From a virus (Duplodnaviria; Caudoviricetes): a stretch of DNA of 64,000 nucleotides. The DNA lies in the IMG/VR virus record IMGVR_UViG_3300020069_000003, positions 13,481-77,480 of that record. The stretch is one strand, 5' to 3'. Below the pieces are notes generated by a model. That model saw only the letters and a list, made by a program, of their open reading frames with translations, made no database searches and was not told the origin of the DNA. The translations under genes were made by a program, and so were the position numbers. This document shows, in pieces, positions 37,128-46,305 of this stretch (position 1 is the first letter of the stretch; each line of letters starts with the position of its first letter).

Positions 37128-39098
37128 ATGACACCTACACTGACTTGGGGTCAGGCCGAGCAGGGTCTGGCCGAGCACTGGGGCAGCTTCTCCAGCCGCA
37201 CCCAGCAGCGCGACTACGCGCACGCCGTTACCGAGACCCTGCACCGCAACGCCAAGAACCGGGTGCGCATGGCCCAGGCGGGCGTCGGCTGCGGCAAGTC
37301 CCTGGGCTACCTGATCCCGGCGATCGCCACCGGCGGACGCGTGGTGGTCGCGGTGTCCACCAAGGCGCTGCAGGACCAGCTGTTCCTGAAGGACCTGCCT
37401 TTGCTGAAGCAGGCGCTGTTCCCGGACCTGACCTACGCAATACTGAAGGGCCGGTCCAACTACGTCTGCCTGCGGGCGGCCGACAAGTCGGGCCACCCGG
37501 CGGGGGTGGTGCAGGGCTCGGCGGGCGAGCGCACCGACCTGGTAACCCCGGTTACCGACGAGCAGTGGCGCGAGATGACGGTAGACGCCGAAGGCTGCGT
37601 CGGCCGCAAGGCCTGCCCGTTCTCGGACAACTGCTACAGCGAGGCGGCGAAGCTGCGCGCGCTGTCGGCCCGGGTGCTGGTGGTCAACACCAGCCTGCTG
37701 ACCCAGGACCTGAAGCTGCGGGCGATGACCCGGGGCAAGGCCTCCCTGTTCGGCGATTACGACTGCCTGATCGTGGACGAGGCGCACGAGATGCCCGACA
37801 TCGTGGCCGGTGGCCTGTCCATCCAGGTCACGCTGCACCGGATCTTGGACGCCACCTCGAAGCTGGCCTACCACCTGGACGCGGCCGGTGCCCCGTCCCA
37901 GGTCGAGAAGGTCAACACCGTGGCCAGCCAGTACTTCAACCAGATCTCGGACTGGTTCCGGGGCCAGCGCGACGCCCGCACCGCCGATCTGGCCGAGGAC
38001 GACCGCCGGTCGGTCGGCCAGATCGTCGACGCCCTGCAGCCTCTGGTCGAGTGGGTCTCGCGTGCTCAGTGCAACTGCGAACCGATCATCGACCCGGAAA
38101 CCGGCGAGGAGGACCTGGTGTGCGAGTACAACCGCCGGATGTCCTCCCTCATGACCGACCTGTGCAAGTTCGCCGCTCCGGAGTCCGAGGACTCGCCCAC
38201 CGACGTGGTGTGGATGGAGACGGTCGGACGTCGCGGTGCGGTGGCGCTGAAGTCGTCCCCGGCCGAGGTCGGCGGCTGGCTGCGCGCGGTGCTGTGGGAG
38301 GGTTTCAACACCTCCCGGGGTGAGCGCGAGCTGCCGACGGTGCTGACCTCGGCGACGCTGGCGGTCGGCGGAGACTTCACCTACCTGGCCCGCAGGCTCG
38401 GTATCCCGGCCTACGACGACATCGACGTCGGCACCCCGTTCGACTACGGCAAGCAGGCGATGCTGTACCTGCCCCCGATGTCCGCCCCCAGCCCGAAGAA
38501 GGGACTGGAGTGGAAGCAGTGGGCGCAGGACCAGATGTACCAGCTGGTCGAGGCGTCCGGCGGTGACGCGCTGATGCTGTTCACCAGCGTCTCGGCGATG
38601 CGGGAGGCTCACGAGAGGGTGGGCCCGCGTCTGGAGCGGCTGGGGATCGCCAGCCGGATGCAGGGCGATGGCATGGACAACCGGGCGCTGGCCGGGTGGT
38701 TCGCCAGCAATCGCCGGAACGTCCTGTTCGCCACCCGGTCGTTCATGACCGGGGTGGACTTCCAGGGCGACACCTGCCGCCTGGTGGTGGTGGACAAGAT
38801 GCCGTTCCAGCCGCCGGAGGACCCGGTGTTCAAGACCCGGTGCAAGCTGGTGGAGCAGCGGTTCGGCGAGCGCTCCTCCTTCAGCCGGGTATCCATCCCC
38901 GACATGGGGATGGTTCTGCAGCAGGCGGGCGGGCGCCTGATTCGGTCGGTCCACGATCGGGGGGTGCTGGCGATCCTGGACCCCCGGATGCGGGCGGGAT
39001 GGGCGGCCCCGATCCGGCGCAGCCTGCCGAAGATGGCCGACGCCCAGACGATCGAGCAGGTCCGGCAGTTCTACCGCCAGCTGGCGCTGGTGGACTGA
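37128..39098 (+). CDS. dinG: DinG/YoaA-family Fe-S SF2 helicase
   Basis: AGVGCGKS, STKALQDQL, KGRSNYVC, CVGRKACPF..NCY, DEAHE, SATL, GVDFQG and QQAGGRLIRS. Confidence 0.95.
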   Translation: MTPTLTWGQAEQGLAEHWGSFSSRTQQRDYAHAVTETLHRNAKNRVRMAQAGVGCGKSLGYLIPAIATGGRVVVAVSTKALQDQLFLKDLPLLKQALFPDLTYAILKGRSNYVCLRAADKSGHPAGVVQGSAGERTDLVTPVTDEQWREMTVDAEGCVGRKACPFSDNCYSEAAKLRALSARVLVVNTSLLTQDLKLRAMTRGKASLFGDYDCLIVDEAHEMPDIVAGGLSIQVTLHRILDATSKLAYHLDAAGAPSQVEKVNTVASQYFNQISDWFRGQRDARTADLAEDDRRSVGQIVDALQPLVEWVSRAQCNCEPIIDPETGEEDLVCEYNRRMSSLMTDLCKFAAPESEDSPTDVVWMETVGRRGAVALKSSPAEVGGWLRAVLWEGFNTSRGERELPTVLTSATLAVGGDFTYLARRLGIPAYDDIDVGTPFDYGKQAMLYLPPMSAPSPKKGLEWKQWAQDQMYQLVEASGGDALMLFTSVSAMREAHERVGPRLERLGIASRMQGDGMDNRALAGWFASNRRNVLFATRSFMTGVDFQGDTCRLVVVDKMPFQPPEDPVFKTRCKLVEQRFGERSSFSRVSIPDMGMVLQQAGGRLIRSVHDRGVLAILDPRMRAGWAAPIRRSLPKMADAQTIEQVRQFYRQLALVD

Positions 39099-39120
39099 TA
39101 CGAAACGAACGGGAGGCAAC

Positions 39121-39261
39121 ATGCGCATCAAGAAATGGGTTGCGGCGGCGGCTGTACTGCTGGCGCTTCCGCTGGTCGCCGCCGGGAAGTGCGGAGACTG
39201 CCACAACAACGTCCAGGCCAACGGGCCGGGCAAGACGTTTACCACCACACAGTGCAAGTAG
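39121..39261 (+). CDS. Small secreted/lipoprotein-like peptide (46 aa)
   Basis: GGGAGG RBS; MRIKKWVAAAAVLLALPLVAAGKCGDCHNN...TTQCK. Confidence 0.65.
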   Translation: MRIKKWVAAAAVLLALPLVAAGKCGDCHNNVQANGPGKTFTTTQCK

Positions 39262-39270
39262 GACGTAGGC

Positions 39271-39313
39271 GGGCGGGGGTGGTGTAGGGCGCTGCTCTGC
39301 ACCACCCCCGCCC
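39271..39313. terminator. Hairpin built from two opposed copies of the G-rich motif
   Basis: GGGCGGGGGTGGTGTAG / CTGCACCACCCCCGCCC. Confidence 0.6.
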
Positions 39314-39328
39314 CGGGGGAGGGAGAAC

Positions 39329-39628
39329 ATGGGAGACACGCAGACGGGGTTCTACCACCCGGAGTACGACGAAGCTCTGAAGGACGCCCGAAACCGGCTG
39401 TTGCTGGGTCGCAGGCTAAAGGAGCTGGCCGACGCGCACAACCAGTCGGGGGACGCGCTTCTGCTGACCCGGGACTGGGACGGGGCCGACCTGCACTGGA
39501 GGGTCGGGGCCCAGTGTATGAGGGCCAGCCAGGCGATATCGTTCGCAAAACCCACCAACCGGACAGACTGGCTGCTGATTGAGGCAGCTTGGCTGGACAT
39601 ACGAGCAGGAAAGAAGGCGCAGAGATGA
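39329..39628 (+). CDS. Hypothetical protein
   Basis: GGAG RBS. Confidence 0.55.
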   Translation: MGDTQTGFYHPEYDEALKDARNRLLLGRRLKELADAHNQSGDALLLTRDWDGADLHWRVGAQCMRASQAISFAKPTNRTDWLLIEAAWLDIRAGKKAQR

Positions 39629-39918
39629 GCAGGCACACGACCGGACACACCACCAACCCGACGTACCGGGCGCGGAACGAGATTCGGGACCGGCTGCAGC
39701 GGCTGGCGGAGGAGGCCCGAGCCACCGCAACCAGCTTCTCCACGTTCGAGATGCCGGACACTGAGATGTGGAATCTGGTGGACAAGATGGCGTCGGGCAT
39801 GGCCGACAGCCTGGACACCGCCAACCAGATCGACCAGGAGAACGCCGACCGCGTCCGCCAGGACGCCCGGCAGTCCAGCGCCGTCGGCTACGAGCTGCCG
39901 GACCTGGAGCAGCTGTGA
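39625..39918 (+). CDS. Hypothetical protein
   Basis: ATGA coupling; MSRHTTGHTT. Confidence 0.55.
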   Translation: MSRHTTGHTTNPTYRARNEIRDRLQRLAEEARATATSFSTFEMPDTEMWNLVDKMASGMADSLDTANQIDQENADRVRQDARQSSAVGYELPDLEQL

Positions 39919-40120
39919 CCCCGGCCGAGCACCTGCGGCGCGGGCAGGAGCTGCTGGACCAGGCCGACGCCACGGCAGCGGCCAAGTGGGAGATCCGGTA
40001 CGCTACCGCTGTCGTGGCGCAGGCTCACTTCCAGGCGGCGCAGGCGCTGGCCGAGATCGCGCACCTGGAGCGCCTGGACAACCCGCAGATCCAGGTCAAC
40101 CCGAGTGAGGAGATACTTTC

Positions 40121-40528
40121 GTGGCCGACGAGCTGAGGATGCGCCGGGTTTTGGCGCACATCGAGTCCAACCTGCCCCTGTGGGACCAGAACAACTGGGT
40201 CGTCGAGACCTCCTGCGGCACCGCCTACTGCTACGCGGGCTGGACGGTGGTCCTGGAGGGCATCCCGGTGCACACCAACGTGGACGGCCTGCCGTACGTG
40301 GACCGCAGGACCCTGCCGCAGCCGTGGCTGGACCGTCTGGAGGCGCTGGACCTGGCCTACCTGGCGGACGGTGAGTACCACGTGGGGGTGTCCGACATGG
40401 CGGCCCTGATCCTCGGCCTGTACGACGACGGGCGCGAGCGCGATAAGTGGCACCTGTTCGGGGCCTGTCTGGGCCTGGACGGGCTGCGCCAGGCGATCGA
40501 CTGGCTGTGTACGGGGAGACGAGGATAG
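40121..40528 (+). CDS. Hypothetical phage protein
   Basis: WDQNNW...CGTAYCYAGW motif. Confidence 0.65.
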   Translation: MADELRMRRVLAHIESNLPLWDQNNWVVETSCGTAYCYAGWTVVLEGIPVHTNVDGLPYVDRRTLPQPWLDRLEALDLAYLADGEYHVGVSDMAALILGLYDDGRERDKWHLFGACLGLDGLRQAIDWLCTGRRG

Positions 40529-40531
40529 GCG

Positions 40532-40735
40532 ATGTCCGAACGGGGCAGGCGGATACGTAAGAAGCTGCGGGGCCTGGGGTCGAACATCCCGGTGGCCAGC
40601 CAGTCGGTGGAACCGGGGGACAGCATCTGCTTCTACTGCCGACAGTCCTACAACCCCGGCCAGGAGGGGCAGCACCACTTCCCGGCCTGCGACATTTGCG
40701 GGGATCTGGGGCACGCAGGGTGCAAGCACAGCTAA
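40532..40735 (+). CDS. Small zinc-finger protein
   Basis: CFYC...CDICGDLGH...CKH. Confidence 0.55.
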   Translation: MSERGRRIRKKLRGLGSNIPVASQSVEPGDSICFYCRQSYNPGQEGQHHFPACDICGDLGHAGCKHS

Positions 40736-40770
40736 ACTCAACGAAAGACACGCAGAAGGGAAGTTCCGAG

Positions 40771-41175
40771 ATGAGCCGATACCCGCTGCAGGCGGTCGCA
40801 CTGGACACGGACGGCGCCCCGTGGTATCCGTTCCGGGTGCCGGGGAACCCCGGCACGACGCTGTACGTTCAGAAGCCGGTATTGCCGACCGGACAGGCCG
40901 AGTGGGCGACCGTACCGCCGGAGTTCGCCGACCGGCCCCACCTGGACCTGGACGAGCTGCACCTGGCCGAGGTGTTCTACCTGGCCTCGACCGAGATCGA
41001 CCTGGACACGCCCACCCCCGAGCAGGTCACGGAGGTCCTGGACCGCCAGCTGCGGGCGTGCGGGTGCGACGCCGGGCGGCTGGACAGCTGGTGCAGCGGC
41101 AGGCCGTACGAGGTCGTGCACCACAACCGGATGAACAAGTGCCTGGCGCTGTCGCGTCGGCTGCTGGCTGCCTGA
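40771..41175 (+). CDS. Hypothetical protein
   Basis: GAAGGG RBS, GAGATG start. Confidence 0.55.
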   Translation: MSRYPLQAVALDTDGAPWYPFRVPGNPGTTLYVQKPVLPTGQAEWATVPPEFADRPHLDLDELHLAEVFYLASTEIDLDTPTPEQVTEVLDRQLRACGCDAGRLDSWCSGRPYEVVHHNRMNKCLALSRRLLAA

Positions 41176-41347
41176 CCGGGCGGGGTGGTGTGGGGCGCGG
41201 CCTTGCACCACCCCGCCGCATATTGAGAGGTTTGACGTGTTGGGGATCGTGAACACAGTGTTCAACGCGGCGGTTCTGGTCACGGTGATCGTGCTGTCGG
41301 TCAAGACCAGGCGAAACATCAAGAAACGGAACAGGGAGTAATCCGAT

Positions 41348-42130
41348 ATGGAAGACAATCTGATCTACCACGACTGGGAGTTCCTGGAGGACGGGCGCAG
41401 CATCGTACCGATCAGCGTGGGGATGGTCACCGAGGCCGGTGACGAGTACTACGCGGTCAACGCCGACATGCCGTGGCTGCGAGTTTGCGGGCACCCGTGG
41501 CTGCGTAATCACGTCGTGCCCCACCTGCCGCTGGCGGGGGAGGTCGGGCCCGATCGGATGCCGGTCCTGGACCTGCTGCACCCGTCGGTCAAGACCGCCC
41601 GGCAGATCCGGCAGGAGGTGCGGGGGTTCATCCTGTCCCACCCCCGGCCGAAGCTGTGGGGCTGGTACTCGGACTTCGACCAGGTGGCGCTGGCGTGGCT
41701 GTACGGACCGATGATCAGCCTGCCGCAGGGTATGCCGATGCGTACCTCCGACGTCCAGCAGGAGATCGACCGGCTGCAGGTGCCGGACAAGGAGCTGCCG
41801 CAGCAGGACCCGGACGGACTGCACGATGCCCTGTCCGACGTCCGGCACATCCGCGTCCTGCACCGGTTCCTGCGGCAGCTGGAGCAGCAGCGTGTCCAGC
41901 AGCGCCAGAACCTGTCGTACCAGATGGCTCGCGCAGCCGAGGCCCGTATGGACCTGCAGACCACCCGGATGCTGGCGCTGCTGGTCTCGCGCCTGGACAA
42001 CCGGGTGGAGATCTCCGACGCCGACCTGGCCGCCGTGGACTCCGACCGGCTGGTCACCTACCGGCAGTCCCAGCTGGACCAGGCGTCCCCGCTCGTGATC
42101 GAATACCGTCCCAAGGAGGTGCAGACGTGA
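41348..42130 (+). CDS. 3'-5' exoribonuclease (Rv2179c/RNase AS, DEDDh-like)
   Basis: IYHDWEFLEDG, ISVGMV, EYYAVN, LWGWYSDFD.V, PMRTSDVQQE and HDALSD. Confidence 0.9.
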   Translation: MEDNLIYHDWEFLEDGRSIVPISVGMVTEAGDEYYAVNADMPWLRVCGHPWLRNHVVPHLPLAGEVGPDRMPVLDLLHPSVKTARQIRQEVRGFILSHPRPKLWGWYSDFDQVALAWLYGPMISLPQGMPMRTSDVQQEIDRLQVPDKELPQQDPDGLHDALSDVRHIRVLHRFLRQLEQQRVQQRQNLSYQMARAAEARMDLQTTRMLALLVSRLDNRVEISDADLAAVDSDRLVTYRQSQLDQASPLVIEYRPKEVQT

Positions 42131-43290
42131 GCAGACGATACAGGACACTGGTCCGGGCGGTGCTGCTGGCGGCGGTGGTCACGGCGTCTGCCCCCCAGGT
42201 GCAGGCTGCCGGGCCGGTGTACAACGCGTCCGGCGGTGTCGCCGAGGCCTACGCCCCGACCCAAGGCGCCTGGGACAACCAGACCCTGCGGCAGATCGTC
42301 GACCTGTCCAGCGGCGGTACACAGATCCGGGTCCGGCTGACCGACGCCTACTCCGCCCAGCCCGCGTGGATCGGGCACGTAACCGTCGGTGTCCAGGAGT
42401 CGGCGGCCCAGTCGATCGACACCCCCGTTACCGCCACGTTCAACGGCAGCCAGTCGGTGACGATCCCCGCCGGTGGCGACGCGGTGTCGGACCCGATCGC
42501 CCTGGCGGTGGCACCGGCCACCCGGCTGGCGGTCAGCATCTACCTGCCGCACGGGGCCAACCTGTCGCAGGCGCCCCGGCACGATTTCGCCGACGAGACC
42601 AACTACAACTACGTCGGCGGCGACGTGTCGGGCGTCCAGGCGATGCCGGTCACCAACACGTTCACGTTCGACACCCTGATCTCCGGTGTCGACGTCCTCG
42701 GTACCGCCCCCCACACGGTCGTGGTGGCGGGGGATTCGATCTCCGACGGCCTGGGGTCGGGCGCCTCGACCGACACCCGCTGGCCGAATTACCTGGCCGA
42801 GCGCATGCCCGGCTGGTCGGTCCTGGATCAGGGCATCGGCGGCAACCAGGTCACGTCGGACCAGGGTGCCTCCGGGCTGTCGCTGCAGAACCGGCTGGCC
42901 CGGGACGTGTACGCGGTGCCGGGGGTGGTGGACCTGGTCGACGCCGACGGAATCAACGATCTGCGCAGCGGGGTCAGCGCGGACACGCTGGAACAGGCCC
43001 AGGCGGGGGTGGTGCAGCAGGCCCACCAGCACGGTATACGGGTGCTGCTGACGACCCTGACCCCGTGTGTAGGCGAGGTCAGGTGCACCCCGGCGGTGCA
43101 GGCTCAACAGACGGCCTACAACGCCTGGGTGATGTCCAACACCGTCGCCGACGGGTCGATAGATTTCTACCGGGTGCTGGTATCGGCGAACGGGGCGATC
43201 GACCCGGCGCTGGACTCGGGCGACCACCTGCACCCGAACTCGGCCGGATACCGGGTCATGGCCAACTACGTCGACCTGAGCAAGTTCTGA
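42127..43290 (+). CDS. Secreted SGNH/GDSL hydrolase
   Basis: Signal peptide; AGDSISDG, GIGGN, GINDL and DSGDHLHPN. Confidence 0.92.
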   Translation: MSRRYRTLVRAVLLAAVVTASAPQVQAAGPVYNASGGVAEAYAPTQGAWDNQTLRQIVDLSSGGTQIRVRLTDAYSAQPAWIGHVTVGVQESAAQSIDTPVTATFNGSQSVTIPAGGDAVSDPIALAVAPATRLAVSIYLPHGANLSQAPRHDFADETNYNYVGGDVSGVQAMPVTNTFTFDTLISGVDVLGTAPHTVVVAGDSISDGLGSGASTDTRWPNYLAERMPGWSVLDQGIGGNQVTSDQGASGLSLQNRLARDVYAVPGVVDLVDADGINDLRSGVSADTLEQAQAGVVQQAHQHGIRVLLTTLTPCVGEVRCTPAVQAQQTAYNAWVMSNTVADGSIDFYRVLVSANGAIDPALDSGDHLHPNSAGYRVMANYVDLSKF

Positions 43291-43302
43291 GGAGAACCGC
43301 AC

Positions 43303-44298
43303 ATGGCAGCTATGCTGGGGCCGGATATCAGCTCGTACCAGAACGGGCTGGACCTGTCCAGACTGAGGTACGCCTCGTTCGTGATCGCCAAGACCACCGA
43401 GGGCACCTACTACACCGACAAGAACTACCAGGGCTGGCGCCAGCAGGCCGCCGCGCTGCGCAAGCAGTTCCTGTGGTACCACTTCCTGTCGGGCGAGGGC
43501 TCGGCGATCCAGGCGGAGCACACCAAGGCGAACGTCGGTGACCTGTCGCTGCCCGGCATGCTCGACGCCGAGCCCGCAGGGTCGTACAGCCCGACCCTGG
43601 CCCAGATCATCGGATACATCGACGCGGCGCACTCGGCCGGACTGAATCTTCGGCTGTGCTACCTGCCGAAGTGGTACTGGGAGCAGATGGGCAGCCCGAA
43701 CCTGGGCGAGCTGCTCGCCCGAGGCGTCCATCTGGTGGCGTCCAGCTACCCCGGCGGCACCGGCGATCCCCGTACCCTGTACCCCGGCGACAGCTGGTCC
43801 GGGTTCGAGGCTTACGGCGGCGTCCCGGTCGAGATCGCCCAATACACGAACAAGGCGTCCGACGGCGGCCAGCCGCTGGACTACAACGCCTACCTAGGCA
43901 CACCCGAACAGTTCCAGCAGCTGCTGTACGGCAGCGGCGCCACACCCGCAGGAGGAACCGACATGTCCTACACCATCAGCGCCAACTGGCAGAACGACTA
44001 CCCGGACGCGGCGGCCGAGCTGCAGAAGCACGCCGCCCCGGGCACGGTGCTGGAGACCGACCAGGCGGCCGGTATCGCGGCGGTCCGGTCGGTGGTGATC
44101 GCCTACCGGGCCGGACAGCTGGAGGCGGGCCAGGCGAACCTGAACTCCAAGCTGGACCTGATCATCAGCACCCTGGCGAACCCGGCCGCGCTGGGCGCTG
44201 CGATCGCCAGCCACCTGCAGGCGGGGGGTGGTGCAGACGCGGCGGCCCTGACCGAGGCGATCGCCTCCCACCTGCGCGTCAACCTGAGCACCCAGTGA
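43303..44298 (+). CDS. GH25 lysozyme (endolysin)
   Basis: DISSYQ, KTTEGT.Y, YHFL, LDAE, QYT and LDYN. Confidence 0.92.
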   Translation: MAAMLGPDISSYQNGLDLSRLRYASFVIAKTTEGTYYTDKNYQGWRQQAAALRKQFLWYHFLSGEGSAIQAEHTKANVGDLSLPGMLDAEPAGSYSPTLAQIIGYIDAAHSAGLNLRLCYLPKWYWEQMGSPNLGELLARGVHLVASSYPGGTGDPRTLYPGDSWSGFEAYGGVPVEIAQYTNKASDGGQPLDYNAYLGTPEQFQQLLYGSGATPAGGTDMSYTISANWQNDYPDAAAELQKHAAPGTVLETDQAAGIAAVRSVVIAYRAGQLEAGQANLNSKLDLIISTLANPAALGAAIASHLQAGGGADAAALTEAIASHLRVNLSTQ

Positions 44299-45584
44299 GC
44301 ACACTCAAGGTCGACGACCGGGTGGTCTGGAACCGGGGACCCGGGTACGGGCTGCACCGGGGGCGGGGGGTGGTGAAGAGCTTCGAGACGTACAGCGGCG
44401 TGTACTACGTCCACGTCCGGTTCGACGACCCCGGCCTGGACGACGAGATGATACCGGCGTCCGAGCTGACCCGGGTTGAGCCTGTACCGGCGCTGTCCGA
44501 GCAGGCCGACCCGGTCCCGAACAACCTGCCGCAGATCGCCGACCTGGTGAAGGCCGACATCGACGCGCGCCGGGCTCGGGGCATCGAGACCTACGGGCAG
44601 CCGCTGCAGCCGATGAACGGCCGGGACGCGCTGCAGGACATGTACGAGGAGCTGCTGGACGGGGCGCACTACGTCCGCCAGCGGATCGAGGAGGAGCGTG
44701 TGCACCTGGCCCGGCTGGCCGATGACGACGACGCCCCGGCCCGTATCGCCGAGATCACCAGCCTCGCCAACGGGATCGGGCGGAACGCCCCGGAGACCAG
44801 CGCGGCGCACGACCTGGCCAAGGGCACGCTGTACCTGCTGCGACTGTTCCACGCGCAGGCCCACGAGCTGCGCAAGGCGGTGCAGGCGCTGGTGCGGGCG
44901 GAGCACCCGCCAGCCGATCTGGAGGTGGCGGGGTACCAGTACCGCGTCGCCCACCCGACCGAGTCCCCGGTCTACGACCCGTACAGCTACGACCAGAACT
45001 GGATCGACCGCTGGTGCGCCAACCCGGACCGGAAGGGGGAGCTGGTCGAGGGCTACTTCCCGGAGTACCGGCCGGTGTACGGGGGCGCCTGGCGTCCGGT
45101 GGACCCGGAGAAGCCACCGGAGCCCCCTCCCGGGGGCTGCAGTGTGCCGGTGGCCACTGACACCCCGGAGGTCTCCGCGAGGCCGCCGGAGACGTCTCCG
45201 GAGCCGTGGGCCCCGATCGGTCCGGAAGACAGCCTGCCCCACCTGATCCGGCGGATCTGTGTCCGGGAGTGCCTCACCCAGATGCGGATGGCCGACAAGA
45301 CAGGCATCCCCCTGTCCACCCTGGTCCAGATCCAGAACTACTATGTCCCGGTCGATCCGCATCTGATCACGTTGATCCACGACGCGTTCAACCTGCCCGA
45401 CCAGGAGCTGGAGCACCTGGTCGAGCTGGCCGTGCGCAGCTGCAACAGCCCGGCGTCGTGTCCCAGCGCCAGCTGCGGGCACTCCCCCAGCCAGCACAGC
45501 CGCAATTGGGGCTGCATCCGGTGCACCTGCAAGTGGGGCAGGGTCCTGTCCAACCCTGATTTGACAGACAGTCAATCCCAGTAG
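44295..45584 (+). CDS. Multidomain protein: SH3-like, putative all-alpha NTP pyrophosphohydrolase and XRE-HTH domains
   Basis: GIETYGQPLQPMNGRDALQDMYEELLDGAHY; TQMRMADKTGIPLSTLVQI. Confidence 0.6.
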   Translation: MSTLKVDDRVVWNRGPGYGLHRGRGVVKSFETYSGVYYVHVRFDDPGLDDEMIPASELTRVEPVPALSEQADPVPNNLPQIADLVKADIDARRARGIETYGQPLQPMNGRDALQDMYEELLDGAHYVRQRIEEERVHLARLADDDDAPARIAEITSLANGIGRNAPETSAAHDLAKGTLYLLRLFHAQAHELRKAVQALVRAEHPPADLEVAGYQYRVAHPTESPVYDPYSYDQNWIDRWCANPDRKGELVEGYFPEYRPVYGGAWRPVDPEKPPEPPPGGCSVPVATDTPEVSARPPETSPEPWAPIGPEDSLPHLIRRICVRECLTQMRMADKTGIPLSTLVQIQNYYVPVDPHLITLIHDAFNLPDQELEHLVELAVRSCNSPASCPSASCGHSPSQHSRNWGCIRCTCKWGRVLSNPDLTDSQSQ

Positions 45585-45590
45585 TAACCT
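45561..45590 (+). promoter_or_regulatory. Promoter with a TTGAC-N5-GTCAA operator
   Basis: TTGACA-N18-TAACCT. Confidence 0.7.
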
Positions 45591-45807
45591 GGTGTAGACA
45601 GACCGGACAGACCAGGGAAGGAATCGAGATGAACATCCACGGATTCATCACGAACAGCATGGAATCGGGGTGTGTGGCCCTGATCCTGGGGGTGTGGGCC
45701 GGTACCAGCCTGCTGGTGTCGGCGCGGATGCCCGCCCGGCGTACGCGGCGGACCCGGCGACCTGCCGCCACCACCACCGGCTCGATGCGGGTGCGCGGGG
45801 TCAGCCG

Positions 45808-46305
45808 TTGAACGCCCGCAAGGTACAGGTAGCGGCGGTGACCAGCTCGATGGTGACCGCCGCTACCTCCGCGTTTGCCTGGGCACTGACCCGGTGGGTC
45901 GACAGCCTGGCCCTGCGCTACACGGTGCCGCTGGTGGTGTTCGGCACGGTCTGGGTTCTGACGGTGTCGTTCGCCGCCGGTGTCGCCTGGACGGCGGCCG
46001 AGCAGTTCGGTGTGTGGGCGGCCAAGCCCAAGCCGCCGCGCCCCCCGGGCCCGACGCCCCCGCCGCCGCAGCCGGGCGAGACACCGCGTCCGGCGCCCGG
46101 CCCGATCCAGCCCAGACCGCCCCGCCCGCCCAGGCAGGAGCTGCTGGCCGAGACCACCCTGGTCGACATGGAACCAGTCACCGAGACCCGGGAGATACCG
46201 GCGTGTGTCGACCGGATGGAAGAGCCGGTCGGGTACGTCCCGGTCTGGCGTCCCCCTGCGTCCAGTACCGCCCGCGAGCTTGTGGAAGGGAAGGCCGTTA
46301 AATGA
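45808..46305 (+). CDS. Membrane protein with a Pro-rich tail
   Basis: Two TM segments, then PKPPRPPGPTPPPP; start approximate. Confidence 0.5.
   Translation: MNARKVQVAAVTSSMVTAATSAFAWALTRWVDSLALRYTVPLVVFGTVWVLTVSFAAGVAWTAAEQFGVWAAKPKPPRPPGPTPPPPQPGETPRPAPGPIQPRPPRPPRQELLAETTLVDMEPVTETREIPACVDRMEEPVGYVPVWRPPASSTARELVEGKAVK

Noticed and set aside
36870-39824. Very long minus-strand ORFs (984 aa here; also 45918-48671, 31016-33043, 2588-4018 and others)
   Set aside because: Antisense shadows of real high-GC genes; Arg/Pro/Gly-rich or motif-free.
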